A stretch of 45,085 nucleotides of DNA, the filler included, from Jimgerdemannia flammicorona (lineage: Eukaryota), in NCBI GenBank assembly GCA_003990765.1. It is 2 parts of 2 records of this genome, joined end to end, with 100 filler letters (N's around TTAATTAATTAA, not from the genome) between each part and the next. Parts side by side here need not be neighbours in the genome. Positions count along the whole stretch, not along the records: positions 1 to 22,493 come from RBNJ01001266.1; 1 more part is not named here. The stretch is one strand, 5' to 3'. Made by a program: the position numbers and the translations under genes. Below are positions 1 to 10,644 of the stretch, in pieces. The notes under the pieces are model-generated. The model had not been told where the DNA came from. It was given only the letters and a program-made list of their open reading frames with translations, and did not search any database. Positions within the stretch are counted from its first letter, which is position 1. Every line of letters begins with the position of its first letter.

Positions 1-946
1 TTAATGGACTCAATGTCCTATGGATTTTAATTGAAAGGAAATCTAGACTATATAGGCCAAAACCCTCCCCCACTACTCATCAAGCACTGCCCCCCCATTA
101 ATCTAGGCTAGCTATTGTCCAGCAGCTTGACTATACCAGATGCAGTAGGGCCTATATTGGCCCATACCTCATTCTGTACACCATGCTCTCCCTATCATCA
201 GGGGGAATCCAACCATATGTCAATGACTGAAAGTATATATCTAAGACTCCAACATATGTACAAGGTCATGCCCGAGCCAAATAGAATAGCCCCTACCACC
301 CCAAGAAGAATAACAGATAAAGAAAAACTCTCATGAAAGTACAACATGGTGGATAGGACCTAGTTCTCCCAGTTGAGGTGAGTAAAGAACTTATATGTGA
401 GGCAGAAGGAGACCCCTAATACCCCACTACTCAAGCCTGTGGGTCTCAATCACATTATTATATCAGCTCTTGATTCCAGTTGAGTGCAGCCAAGATATCT
501 AAAATGGGTAGCCTCAGGCCCCCCAACTCCCTCTAACAGCTAGGGCCCAACTTGCTGAATTACCAAAAGAAGCCAAAAGTAATACCCACCACCTAACCAC
601 TCTGCACCAATCAAAAGGCCCCACTGAAGCAGCACTTGCCCTAGTCCTGATGACTGCTCCCAGCCTGGTATTCTATTGGTTTACCATAATTATCCTTCCT
701 CTTATCTATGATGGCCATCTCCCCTCCCATTCTGATATTACCTAAAAAACAGTCATCTACGCCAGAACCATACTCACTGAGAAGCTCACCAAAGCCAGAG
801 GGCTCCACCACAGGTACCGATAACCTGCAGGTAACCTATATTGGGCACTTGATGCCCAAGGTCAGCTGACTCCCTATATAATCTGTGATGTACCAAGACA
901 ATATCTTATTGGTAATAGCAAAAGGAAGAAAGCATTGCACCAAAAC

Positions 947-1324
947 TAGTACTCCCAAATGAGTCAAATCAATTCGAATCGAATTGAATTGAGGGTTAAA
1001 TAAGTTGAATGGAATTGGGGATTTTTCAATTCGAATCAATTCAAATCGAATCAAAAGTCAAATTGAATTGAGGGTCTGATTCGAACCCTAATTTTCAAAA
1101 TGCAATAACTCAGCGTAAACTCATCCAAATCTAACATACTTTAGCTTGTTAGAATCACATTAATATGGTGAATCTAACAAGCTAAAATATGTTAAATTTG
1201 GATGAGTTTTTGTCGAGTTATTACATTTTGAAAATTAAGGTTCAAATTGAACTTCAAATTGAATTGGACCTTTGATTCGATTCAAATCGAATCAAATTGG
1301 ACCCTTGATTCATTGGGAGCACTA
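947..1324 (+). mobile_element. Non-autonomous hAT-type MITE, copy 1 (378 bp, foldback)
   Basis: Termini TAGTACTCCCAAATGAGTCAA ... TTGATTCATTGGGAGCACTA. Perfect 8-bp TSD ACCAAAAC at 939-946 and 1325-1332. ATTCGA/AATTG subterminal repeats and a central imperfect inverted repeat at ~1084-1242. An 8-bp TSD with TAG termini is typical of hAT. Confidence 0.9.
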
Positions 1325-2118
1325 ACCAAAACAGATATACTCCAGATATAGCTGAAGGCACCAAAAACTGTGAAAAAGTGGAGAAGACACCAATCAGACA
1401 CCAATAAAGGAGCAACTCATCACTATTGCCTTCTCTCTACTACCCTGCAATAGGTACAGCAAACCAACCCAAGGTAGAGGGGATAATAATTGTGGAAAGT
1501 GAACTCAGAAGGTCACTTACCAAACTATTATAACCAGTAAGGTAGCAGAGAAAGAGATATTGATGATATTATCTCTGATGAAGTAGTTATCTAGGAAGAG
1601 ATATTCATGGATTAATTCTCTCTGTTTACTGAGATAATAATATATTGGGACTTCATTACCATTCTATAGAATAGCATCATCTGTCTCATATACTAGATAA
1701 GGTATTGGTGGGTGAAGGAGGGGTATATTATCTTTGCTTTCATCAGATTTACTATCTGCATACCTTCTATAGGTAACAGTACTATGAGTTGCAGAGTTGT
1801 AATATGCTGGCAGTTATGTTTTATATTGCTCATACTCTGGTGGTAGAGTTGTTAGTTCAATCTTGAGGGTTGTCTGGAGATACAGATTATATTCTCTGGT
1901 CTCTTCATTATAGTTGAAGTAATCAGGAGTAAATATAGGTTGGTACTCATGTCAGTGATCATTATCTCAATAGGTCTCATAGATGGTTATGAACTGTTGT
2001 AAGTTCATCAGTAAGATTGGCAGAATAATCAGAGTTGTCAGAGATTCTTAGCTTAAGATCATATCAGCATCAGAGGGATTGTTATCTTCTACTTTATTAT
2101 CATCAAACCAGATTATAT

Positions 2119-4606
2119 TGTAAGAGGGTTACTTGTTAGAGTAACTATTATATAGTTCCAGAAGAGTTTTCTAGAAGTTCTGGATATTCTGAAAGACTGT
2201 TTTCTTAAGATTAAGATCAATTTTATATGGAGTATATCCTCTATGCTTATTGATTTCAAGATCAGATTGATGTCTCAACCAAAGTCCTTTTTCGGACTAG
2301 TTCTGGATATTCAGGATTTTCTATATTTCAGAAAGTTCAAAAAACTAAGACCAGCTTAGTTGAATTGGCATATTGCTGCAGACAATACCCAATTAGGAAA
2401 TTTCGTAATAGAGTTAGGAGTGGGACCTAATGGAGAGCAGATTTACTTAAGAGTATTGTGTGGGTTATTAAATAGGTTTTATTTACTATTTATGATATTG
2501 CTATACTAAGAGTAGTTGTATGAAGAGATATTGTAAGGAAGTACTCAGAAGTTGTATTCAGATTGTTTAAGTATTTAAGTCTGAGATTTTGAGGTGTAAG
2601 AGAGGGGGTATTTATACTAGTGAGGGGCTATCTGGACTATACTGAATATGGATATAGTACTTAGTACCTTACTGAGTCGAAATATAGTCACATAGTATAA
2701 GTGTGATCTAATATTTCAAGAGATCATCTAGCTACTGTGTCAGTTCACAGTCATGTTGTACAAGGCTAATCTAACTATACTATGACTGCTAAGCTATCTA
2801 TAGATTTAGACACTGTCTAGGTAGTCTTTGATGACATCACTATTGATGATATTATCTCTGATAAAGTAGTTATCTAGGAAGAGTTATTCATAGATTAATT
2901 CTCTCTATTCACTGAGATAGTAATATATTGGGACTTCATTACCATCTTACAGGATAACATCATCTGTCTCATATGCTGGGTATGGAGTTGATGGATGAAG
3001 GAGTGGTACATTGTCTTTACTTTCATCAGATTCACTGTCTGTATATCTTCTATAGATTACTACACTATAAGTTGCAGAGTTGTAGTTAGTGCTCTCAACG
3101 AATTGAATTGAATTGAATTTGGCCCAAACTTGATTCAATTTGATTGAATCAAGGGTCCAATTTGATTTGATTTGAATTGAATCAAAGGTCTAATTCGATT
3201 CAAAGTTCAATTCAAACCTTAATTTTCAAAATGTAATAACTTGATGAAAACTCATCCAAATTTAATGTATTTTAGCTTGTTAGATTTACCGTATTAATGT
3301 GATTCTAACAAGCTAAAGTACGTTAGATTTAGATGGGTTTACGCTGAGTTATTGCATTTTGAAAATTAGGGTTCAAATCAGACCCTCAATTCAATTTGAC
3401 TTTTGATTTGATTCACATTGATTCAAATTGAAAAATCCCCAATTCGATTCAACTCGTTTAACCCTCAATTCGATTCGATTCAAATTGATTTGACTCATTT
3501 GGGAGCACTAGTTGTAGTATGCTAGCAGTTGTGGTTCATGTTGCTTGTACTCAGGTAGTGAAGTGGTTGGTTTGATCTCAAGAGTTGTCTGAAGGTACAG
3601 ATTGTATTCTCCAGTCTCTTCATTATAGTTGAAGTAATCAGAGGCAAATGTGAGTTGGTATTCATACCAGTGGTCATTGTCCCAATAGGTCTCATAGGTA
3701 GTTATAACTGTTATAAGTTCATTAGTAGTATTGGTAAAGTGATCAGAGTTGGCAGGGATCCTTGGCTTGAGGTCATATCAGTATCAGAGGGATTATTGTC
3801 TTCTGTTTTATCATTATTAAATCAAATGATATCATAGACATCCTTCATAGTATATTCTACTTAGGGCATTTGTAGGATGTGGTCATCAGGGTGTAGGAAG
3901 GTTCTGTCTGTAATCTGAACATACTCAATATACTTATAGTTGAGTTCTTGTATTATGTCATTGATTTGGCCATAAGACAGAGTAGCAATCATTTTGGCAG
4001 TAGTAACTTAGAGTCAGAAAATATAGGTACTATACTCATAGAAGAGTTCTTGATGTTTGTAGGCAATGAGTTTCTGATGTTGAGGTATCTGGGTAATATC
4101 TGTATTATAGTAGTATTCAACTATGTCTTCTAGGAGATGGCTGATCTAATAGTAGCTTGAGATTTGTCTGATTCAGTAAGCCTTACTAAGTATGTTTAGG
4201 GCATTCTATTGGACTTCTATAAAGTAGAGGAGTACTAGGCTATAGATATTTATGAGGAGTAGAGGAGGAGTGGCTCAGTTGATAATGGTATTCCAAATAT
4301 CAGTATGGATGCAGTTGTAGATCTTGGTGGTTATGTTTGTATATGTTTAGAAGTTGTGGTTGTTTTTTTGGTTTGTTTTGATTCTCTGTTTTGATGTATT
4401 TCAGTACTCAGTATATATATATTTGGTCCTAATTAGTAAGATTCTGTTTGTATAAATATTGTATTCCATGACTTTGTATTGACTCAGCTTCATGATCTTT
4501 TATTCCATGACTTCGTATTGACTCAGCTTTGTGATCATGCAGGTGATTTCCAGATTTGTTCAGAGATTATATGTGATTTTAGTGGCTTAGAGGTTATGTG
4601 CTTATA
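2119..4606 (-). mobile_element. Complete solo LTR of the same chromovirus family inserted into the 3' LTR (contains MITE copy 2)
   Basis: Starts TGTAAG at 2119 and ends GCTTATA (eroded CTTACA) at 4606. About 2056 bp after removing the MITE, colinear with 17840-19921. Flanks gattatat | tatcatagatatcc rejoin to the uninterrupted LTR sequence seen at ~19115-19135. Confidence 0.88.
3087..3510 (-). mobile_element. hAT-type MITE, copy 2 (424 bp, opposite orientation to copy 1)
   Basis: Termini TAGTGCTCTCAA ... TTTGGGAGCACTA. Perfect 8-bp TSD GTTGTAGT at 3079-3086 and 3511-3518. The empty site is visible in the other LTR copies (~1797 and ~18800). Confidence 0.92.
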
Positions 4607-5409
4607 TATCATAGATATCCTTCATGGTATATCCAACTTAGAGCATTTGTAGGATATGGTCATCAGGGTGTAGGAAGGTTCTGTCTGTAGTTTGAATATA
4701 CTCAATATATTTATAGTTGAGTTCTTATATTATATCATCAATTTGGTTATAGGATAGAGTGATAACCATATTAGAAGTAGTAACTCAGAGACAGAAAATA
4801 ACAGTGCTATACTTATAGAAGAGTTCTCAGTGTTTGTGGGTAATAAGCTTCTGGTGTTGAGACATCTGGGTAATATCTGTGTTATGGTAGTGTTTGACTA
4901 TATCTTCTAGGAGATAGCTAATCTGATAGTAGCTTGAGATTTGTCCAATTTAGTGAGCTTTGCTAAGCATGTTCAGGGCATTCCATCAGGCTTCCATAAA
5001 GTAGAAGAGTACTAGGCTATAGATATTCATAAGGAGTAGAGGGGGTGTAGCTCAGTTGACAATAATATTCCAAATATTAGCACAGATGTAGTTATTGATC
5101 TCAGTGATCATGTTTATGTATATGTTCAGGAGTTGGGGTTGTTTGTTTGGTTTATTGTAGTTCTCTGTTTTGATACATCTCAGTACTTAGTATATATATA
5201 TTCAGTCTTGATTTGTAAAACTCTGTTTGTATAATTCTTATATTCCATGACTTTGAGTTAACTCAGTTTTATATACTGTAACTTTGGTTTGACTCAGCTT
5301 TGTGATCTTGCAGGTGATTTCCAGATTTGTTCAGAGGTCATGTATAATTTCAGTGGCTTATTCAGTAGGTGATATATGATTTCAGTGGCTTGGAGGTTGG
5401 ATGCTTACA

Positions 5410-5423
5410 ACTCTCCCCTTCTT
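5410..5423 (-). promoter_or_regulatory. Polypurine tract (PPT)
   Basis: Minus strand reads AAGAAGGGGAGAGT immediately before the TGTAAG start of the 3' LTR. Confidence 0.85.
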
Positions 5424-5844
5424 AGCTTTTGACATCCTTATTGGGACCTTCTAATTTTGATCTAGTGTTATTATATCATTTGGATGGTCAAAAGTCTGAT
5501 AAAGTTCATTTTCTCAGAAAGTGACATGCTCATAGTACAGTTGCCTAATATGTTGGATTTACTTATTAAAGAGTTATATATTCAATACTCTGTGCTGGAA
5601 GTAATTCTGACATTATTCACTACTGGAGAATTTCCTTTAAGGAATCTTCTTAAATGTCTATATCTTGTTTCCCACCAGTGGTATGGAGAAAATAGGCTAG
5701 CTTTCAGTTTTGCTATTTTTCTAAAGAGTTGGTATTTTATCTTAACTTGTTGAGTTTTTTTATTTTGTTCATGATAATTATAATTGTTTAGAAGAGTAAT
5801 ATATAGTATATACTAATAGGTGCAGAAGAGCTTGGGTTTCAGTT

Positions 5845-8800
5845 ATTCAAGGAATTATATTTCTGAACTAAGTTGGTGGTATTCTGGAGATTGGTCTTTG
5901 ATTCCTATATTGCATCATGGATTGAATAACCTTTCCATTTGACAAGGTACTCTGGATGGTTTTTGTGGCTACGTTTGTTGAGGATTTGTTCAACTTTGTA
6001 TTCTTCTTAGTCATTAATAATGATAGGTGCAAGTGATTCTGTAGTTCAGTTGAGAATAACTCATTGTTGTTTTTATTATATTGCTTAAGACATTGGACAT
6101 TGAAGACTGGATGAATCTTAATGGTATCTGATAGTACCAATTTATAGGAAGTAGATGAGACTTATGTAATAACTTTGAATGGTCCAATAAATTTGCTATT
6201 CAGCTTTGTAAATAGTCTGTATTTGAGGTTGTCAACTCAGTATCCTCAGATGTCCAGTAAAACTTTTTCTCCAATATCAAAAGTTTCTTCTTGACAATAT
6301 TGGTTAATATACTGTAACTGTTATTCTTGGGCTTGTAATAAATTCTTGATGGCAATCTGGCTTAAGTTTTATATTCAGAGTAGGAATTCTTCAATGGCTT
6401 TGACTATAGAGAGTTCATCAGTGATTTGGATAAGTATCCGAGAGGTGTTTGAGTTTTATCCTATATTGGCAAAGAATGGAGTAATTCCAAGAAAAGCTTG
6501 CTTACTATTATTGTAAGCAAACTTGACTGTAGTAAGGTGTTATGCTAATTATCTTATCTGTAGGAAATATAGTTCCTTAGCATTTATTCTAGAGTTCAGT
6601 TCATTCTTTTAGTTTAACTATCAGTTTTAGGGTAAAAGGCTATAGATAGTGTAAGTTTCATTCCCAGGTGAGTATAGAGGGCTTTCCAAAAATGGCTGGT
6701 GAATTTTGGGTCTCAATCACTAATAATGATCTTGGGAAGACCATGATAGTAGAAGATTTTATCAAACAAGAGTATAGCAATATCTGGTGCTATTGCAGTA
6801 GTAGTAGTTGGTATAAAGTAGGCTTGTTTGCTGAGATAGTCTATGAAAACAATAATTGTATCTTTCCCATTCTTGGTTTAGGGTAGTTGTATAATGAAGT
6901 CTATAGATATTTATTCCCAATTGGCAGATGGTACTAGGATTGAGTGGAGTAGATCAGGTTTTGCTAGTATTGAGGACTTGTTGCATTAGCAGGTATCACA
7001 GAAAGTGATATAGATCTTTAGCTAATCTGCCATATAGGGTCAATAGAAGTTTTAGGAAATAACTTCATAATATTTGTTAAATCCTAAATGTCTAGCTGTA
7101 GGGGCATCATGATATTTGAATAGGATAGTCCTTTGGAGGTCTCAGTTGTTTGGAATATACAATCTGTCCTTATAGTAAATAGTATTGTTCTTCGGTCAAT
7201 ATTGATGATACTGAGTATACTTGTCAGCATCATCACTACTCAGGATTTCTTGGAGTACTTGAGCTTCTTTATCATTAGTATATACTATGATAATTTGTTC
7301 CATAATAGAGTTTGTAACCAAGGTGAGAGTTGGATAACTTCTTTGATTAGTAGTCTGGAGATTGTATCAGCAACAACATTTTTCTTGCTAGAGTGATACT
7401 GGATTTCATAGTCAAAGTTGGTAAGGACTTTCATCCATCTGACTTGCTTTTGAGAAAGAGTAGCCTGAGTCTTAATGTTGACTAATGACTTGTAGTTAGT
7501 CAATATAGTAAAGTGTACTATTTTTAGATATAATTGATATTTAATCAAGGTATCTATGATGGAAAACATTTCTTTCTCATAGGTTACATAGTTGATTTCA
7601 GTATTATTGAACTTGTGGGAATAATAGGCCATAGGGTATTCTTCTTGTATGAGTACTGCTCTAAGAGCTAGATCAGAGACATCAATAGTAACTTCATAAG
7701 GTAGGGCAGGGTTTGCTGCTTGAAGTACTGGAGTGGTTATCAAGATATCTTTTAGTGCTTGAAAGGCTATATCTTATTCAGGTTACTAATTTATAAGATT
7801 GTTGAATTCTTTCTCTTGTTTCATAGTCTAGGGTTGTTCTTCTTTCTTACTATGCTTGGTTATTTGGGTAAGAGTAGTAGTGATCTTGGCAAAGTTGGCA
7901 ACAAATCACTTATAATAGTTTGCTAATCCCAGGAATAACTGGAGGTCTTTCAGCTTCTTGGGTCTGGGCCAATCCTTGATTGCAGAGATTTTGCTGGAGT
8001 CCACTTTGATTCTATTTAGTATGACAATGTGTCCAAGGAATTGAATTTTCTTCACATTTGCTGAGTTTTGCAAAGAGTTGGTTTTCTTGGAGTTTCAGTA
8101 GTATATACTAGTTTAAGGTGTTTGAGATATTCCTCCAGAGTTTTGCTGAAGACTAGGATGTTGTCAATATAGACAATAACAAATTTATCCAGATATGGGT
8201 ATAGGATGGTATTCATCAATATCTGAAAGGTTACAGAAGCATTAGTTAAGCCAAAGGGTATAACCAGAAATTTGAAATGTCTATAGCAGGTTTGGAAGGC
8301 TGTCTTGTAGATATGTATCTTCTTCTTTCATGGCAATTTGCCAATAGCTATTTCACAGGTCAAAAGAGCTCATGAACTGTGGGTTGGTAAGCCTATTGAA
8401 TATTTCATTGATTCTAAGTAATGAGCAACAGTTCTTAATAGTCTGTTCATTGAGGTCACAGTAATCAATGCATATTTATAGGTCTTCTCCTTTCTTGACA
8501 ACAAAGAGAACTGGTGCACTATAGGGTGATCACTGGGTCTGATGAATTCTTGTTCTAGAAGTTTATTAATTTTTTTTCTTGAGTACATCAATCTCTCTCA
8601 AAGATATATAATAGATTGATTTGAAGGCAGGCTTAGTATCTGGGATAGTCTTGATGGTATAGTCTACTGCTCATTTAGGAGATAGATCTTTCAGGAGTTT
8701 CTTCAGAAATATATCTCAGAATTTCTAGAGTAGGGGTCTGACATGGCTGTCAACTTTAAAAAAGTCTTCTTCAGAGTTCTCAGGTTCTTCTTTGGATAAG

Positions 8801-9390
8801 TGAATAAAGATGGCAAAGAGAGGACATTTCTTAGCCAATTTCTTGAGCTGTAGTTTGTTGATGTGAGTGATCTTTGGTCCAGGGTCACTAGAACTGAGTG
8901 GGTCTTTTTTGCCTTGCAGTTTGAAGTTATGGTATCCTTTCTTAATGGTTAGAGAATGGTTTACCCAATTGATCATAGAGTTCTCTTGTTTCAACCATAG
9001 GGTCTCAAGAATGATTTCATTGTCAGAAAGTGATACAATCTGGAGGGTAACATATACTCAGTAGTCATTAATTCAGAAGAGTAGGTTGCAGACTTTCTTG
9101 CTAATGACATATAAGGTTCCATTAGCTGTGGCAACTACTTGAATTTGTTGTACCAGAGATATGAAAACCTTGAGTCTGTTGGCTGTTTCTTTATTAATGA
9201 AGTTGCCTGAGGTACCACTGTCTATCATAATCTTGACAGGTGCTTGATTGACAAAAGCTTGAAGTATAAGCAGTTTGTCTGATCCAATGGTAGTGATTTT
9301 GGTAGTAAGAGCTTTCCTTCTATTGGTTCTTCTTTGAGCCAGTTCATTGACATAAGAGAAGTAATCATCAATTATTTGGAAAGAGTACAT
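5845..9390 (-). pseudogene. pol: pol relic: aspartic protease, RT, RNase H, integrase, chromodomain
   Basis: PR 9073-9390 (VKIMIDSGTSGNFI). RT ~8000-8600 (YIDNILVFS at ~8146-8172). RNase H 7285-7743 (IDVSDLALRAVL, EINYVTYEKE). IN ~6070-7120 (HPVFNV, FIGPFKV, SIDFIIQLP). Chromodomain ~5870-6007 (EEYKVEQILNKRSHKNHPEYLVKWKGYSIHDAI*E). Many stops and frameshifts. Confidence 0.93.
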
Positions 9391-9492
9391 TTCAATGCCA
9401 TAGAGATATCAGCTACTAGATATATATCTATCTTTGATTTTCTTGTAGAATTGTTCTTCTTTGCTTACAGTAGGTTGGGCTGGGGCCTTATT

Positions 9493-9903
9493 TGATGAGC
9501 CAAATTCTTTGGATCCTCAGATGGTGGGTAGTAGTTCAGAGACTTCCTTGACTGTAAAAGTTGACTCAATTTTTTTGAATAGAATCTGCATAATACAGAA
9601 ACCAATAGGGATCTTGAATGGTATCCAACTGTGATTTCAGATGAGGATAATAATTTTACTTGTGTAATCTTTATCAATGACTTCTCTTTCTACTGAGAGT
9701 CCTTTTAATGCTAGGCTACTGTAACAGCATATTTTTCCAATATGTCCTTCTGGTATTTGGATGCTGATTCCAGTATAGACTTGTTTGACTTCTCAGTTGG
9801 AAACTGTAACTTCTTTAGCTACATATAGGTCATATCCAGCTGCTTTTTGACTTCCTTTGGTTGGGGCCTTAGCAGTTTATCTTAACTTAATAAAGTCTAT
9901 TGT
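9493..9903 (-). pseudogene. dut: dUTPase domain (trimeric type) in frame between Gag nucleocapsid and protease
   Basis: Single frame: TIDFIKLR*TAKAPTKGSQKAAGYDLYVAKEVTVSN*EVKQVYTGISIQIPEGHIGKICCYSSLALKGLSVEREVIDKDYTSKIIILI*NHSWIPFKIPIGFCIMQILFKKIESTFTVKEVSELLPTI*GSKEFGSS. All five dUTPase motifs are present (AGYDL; [R]SSLA; [G]VIDxDY; [R]I[A]Q; [R]GxK[G]FGSS). The bracketed deviations are C>T/G>A changes. Confidence 0.93.
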
Positions 9904-10644
9904 CTTGGTGGTCAGATTGTTGAGGTGGTATAGAGTAGTAACAGTTGCTTGTATTACTGTTCAGGGTTTTTGATTAGGGCAGACACTGGCCATGTGTTCT
10001 GTCTTTTGGCAATAGAAGTATGCTCTACTTCTTTGAAGTTTATTTCTTTTTCCTTCCATGAGTTTCTTGAAGATACTTGGCTGAGTAGGTTCAGGATTTT
10101 GGAGTATCCAAGAGATAGATATGGAGGAAGCTCAGAGTACTTTATGCTTAGGTTCTTCTTTTTTGGTCTAAGTTTTTTTCTTATTGTTAAATTGTCTTTG
10201 AGGCAGGATTGGTCCAGCTGTCAGAATTCGCTTAACCATAGTCTTGATTCTTATCAGGTACCATTATTGGTGATCACAACCAACTAGGCAGCCTTGTTCT
10301 TGGATTTTTCTAGTAAACCATTCAGGCAGTATATTGAATAAATGGTCTGCTCTTATACCATTTCATGCTTCATCATTGGCAATATATCCTAGGCCAATAG
10401 TGTTCAGTAGTGACTCAAGTTTTATACAGAAGGTTTCAAATTCCTCTTTGCTATATATATCAAATTTGAGGTTATGGCATTTAACTCGAGATTCAGCAAT
10501 CATAGTTTCACTATAGTATTGAGCAATCATAAGTTGTTTGAGTCCAGGGGCTGCAGAATGGTGAGGTTCCTCTAGTAACATTCAGGTTATACAATCTTTT
10601 AGCAACACTTTCAATATAGTTTCTGGAGATAAGCTACTAGAATC

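Larger units (their letters stand above)
1558..5409 (-). repeat. 3' LTR of the chromovirus, split by a solo LTR (pieces 1558-2118 and 4607-5409); ~720 bp missing at the low-coordinate end
   Basis: The two pieces joined are colinear with ~18560-19921. Ends ...GCTTACA at 5409, directly beside the PPT. Confidence 0.88.

Noticed and set aside
960..1310. AATTG/ATTCG arrays as a possible CRISPR or satellite
   Set aside because: They are subterminal repeats inside TSD-flanked MITEs, with no unique spacers, in a eukaryotic context.
9493..10300. In-frame TGA codons in TE frames as possible selenocysteine, given the nearby SCLY-like gene
   Set aside because: Where the position can be judged they correspond to Arg/Trp (CGA/TGG decay), and they co-occur with TAA/TAG stops.
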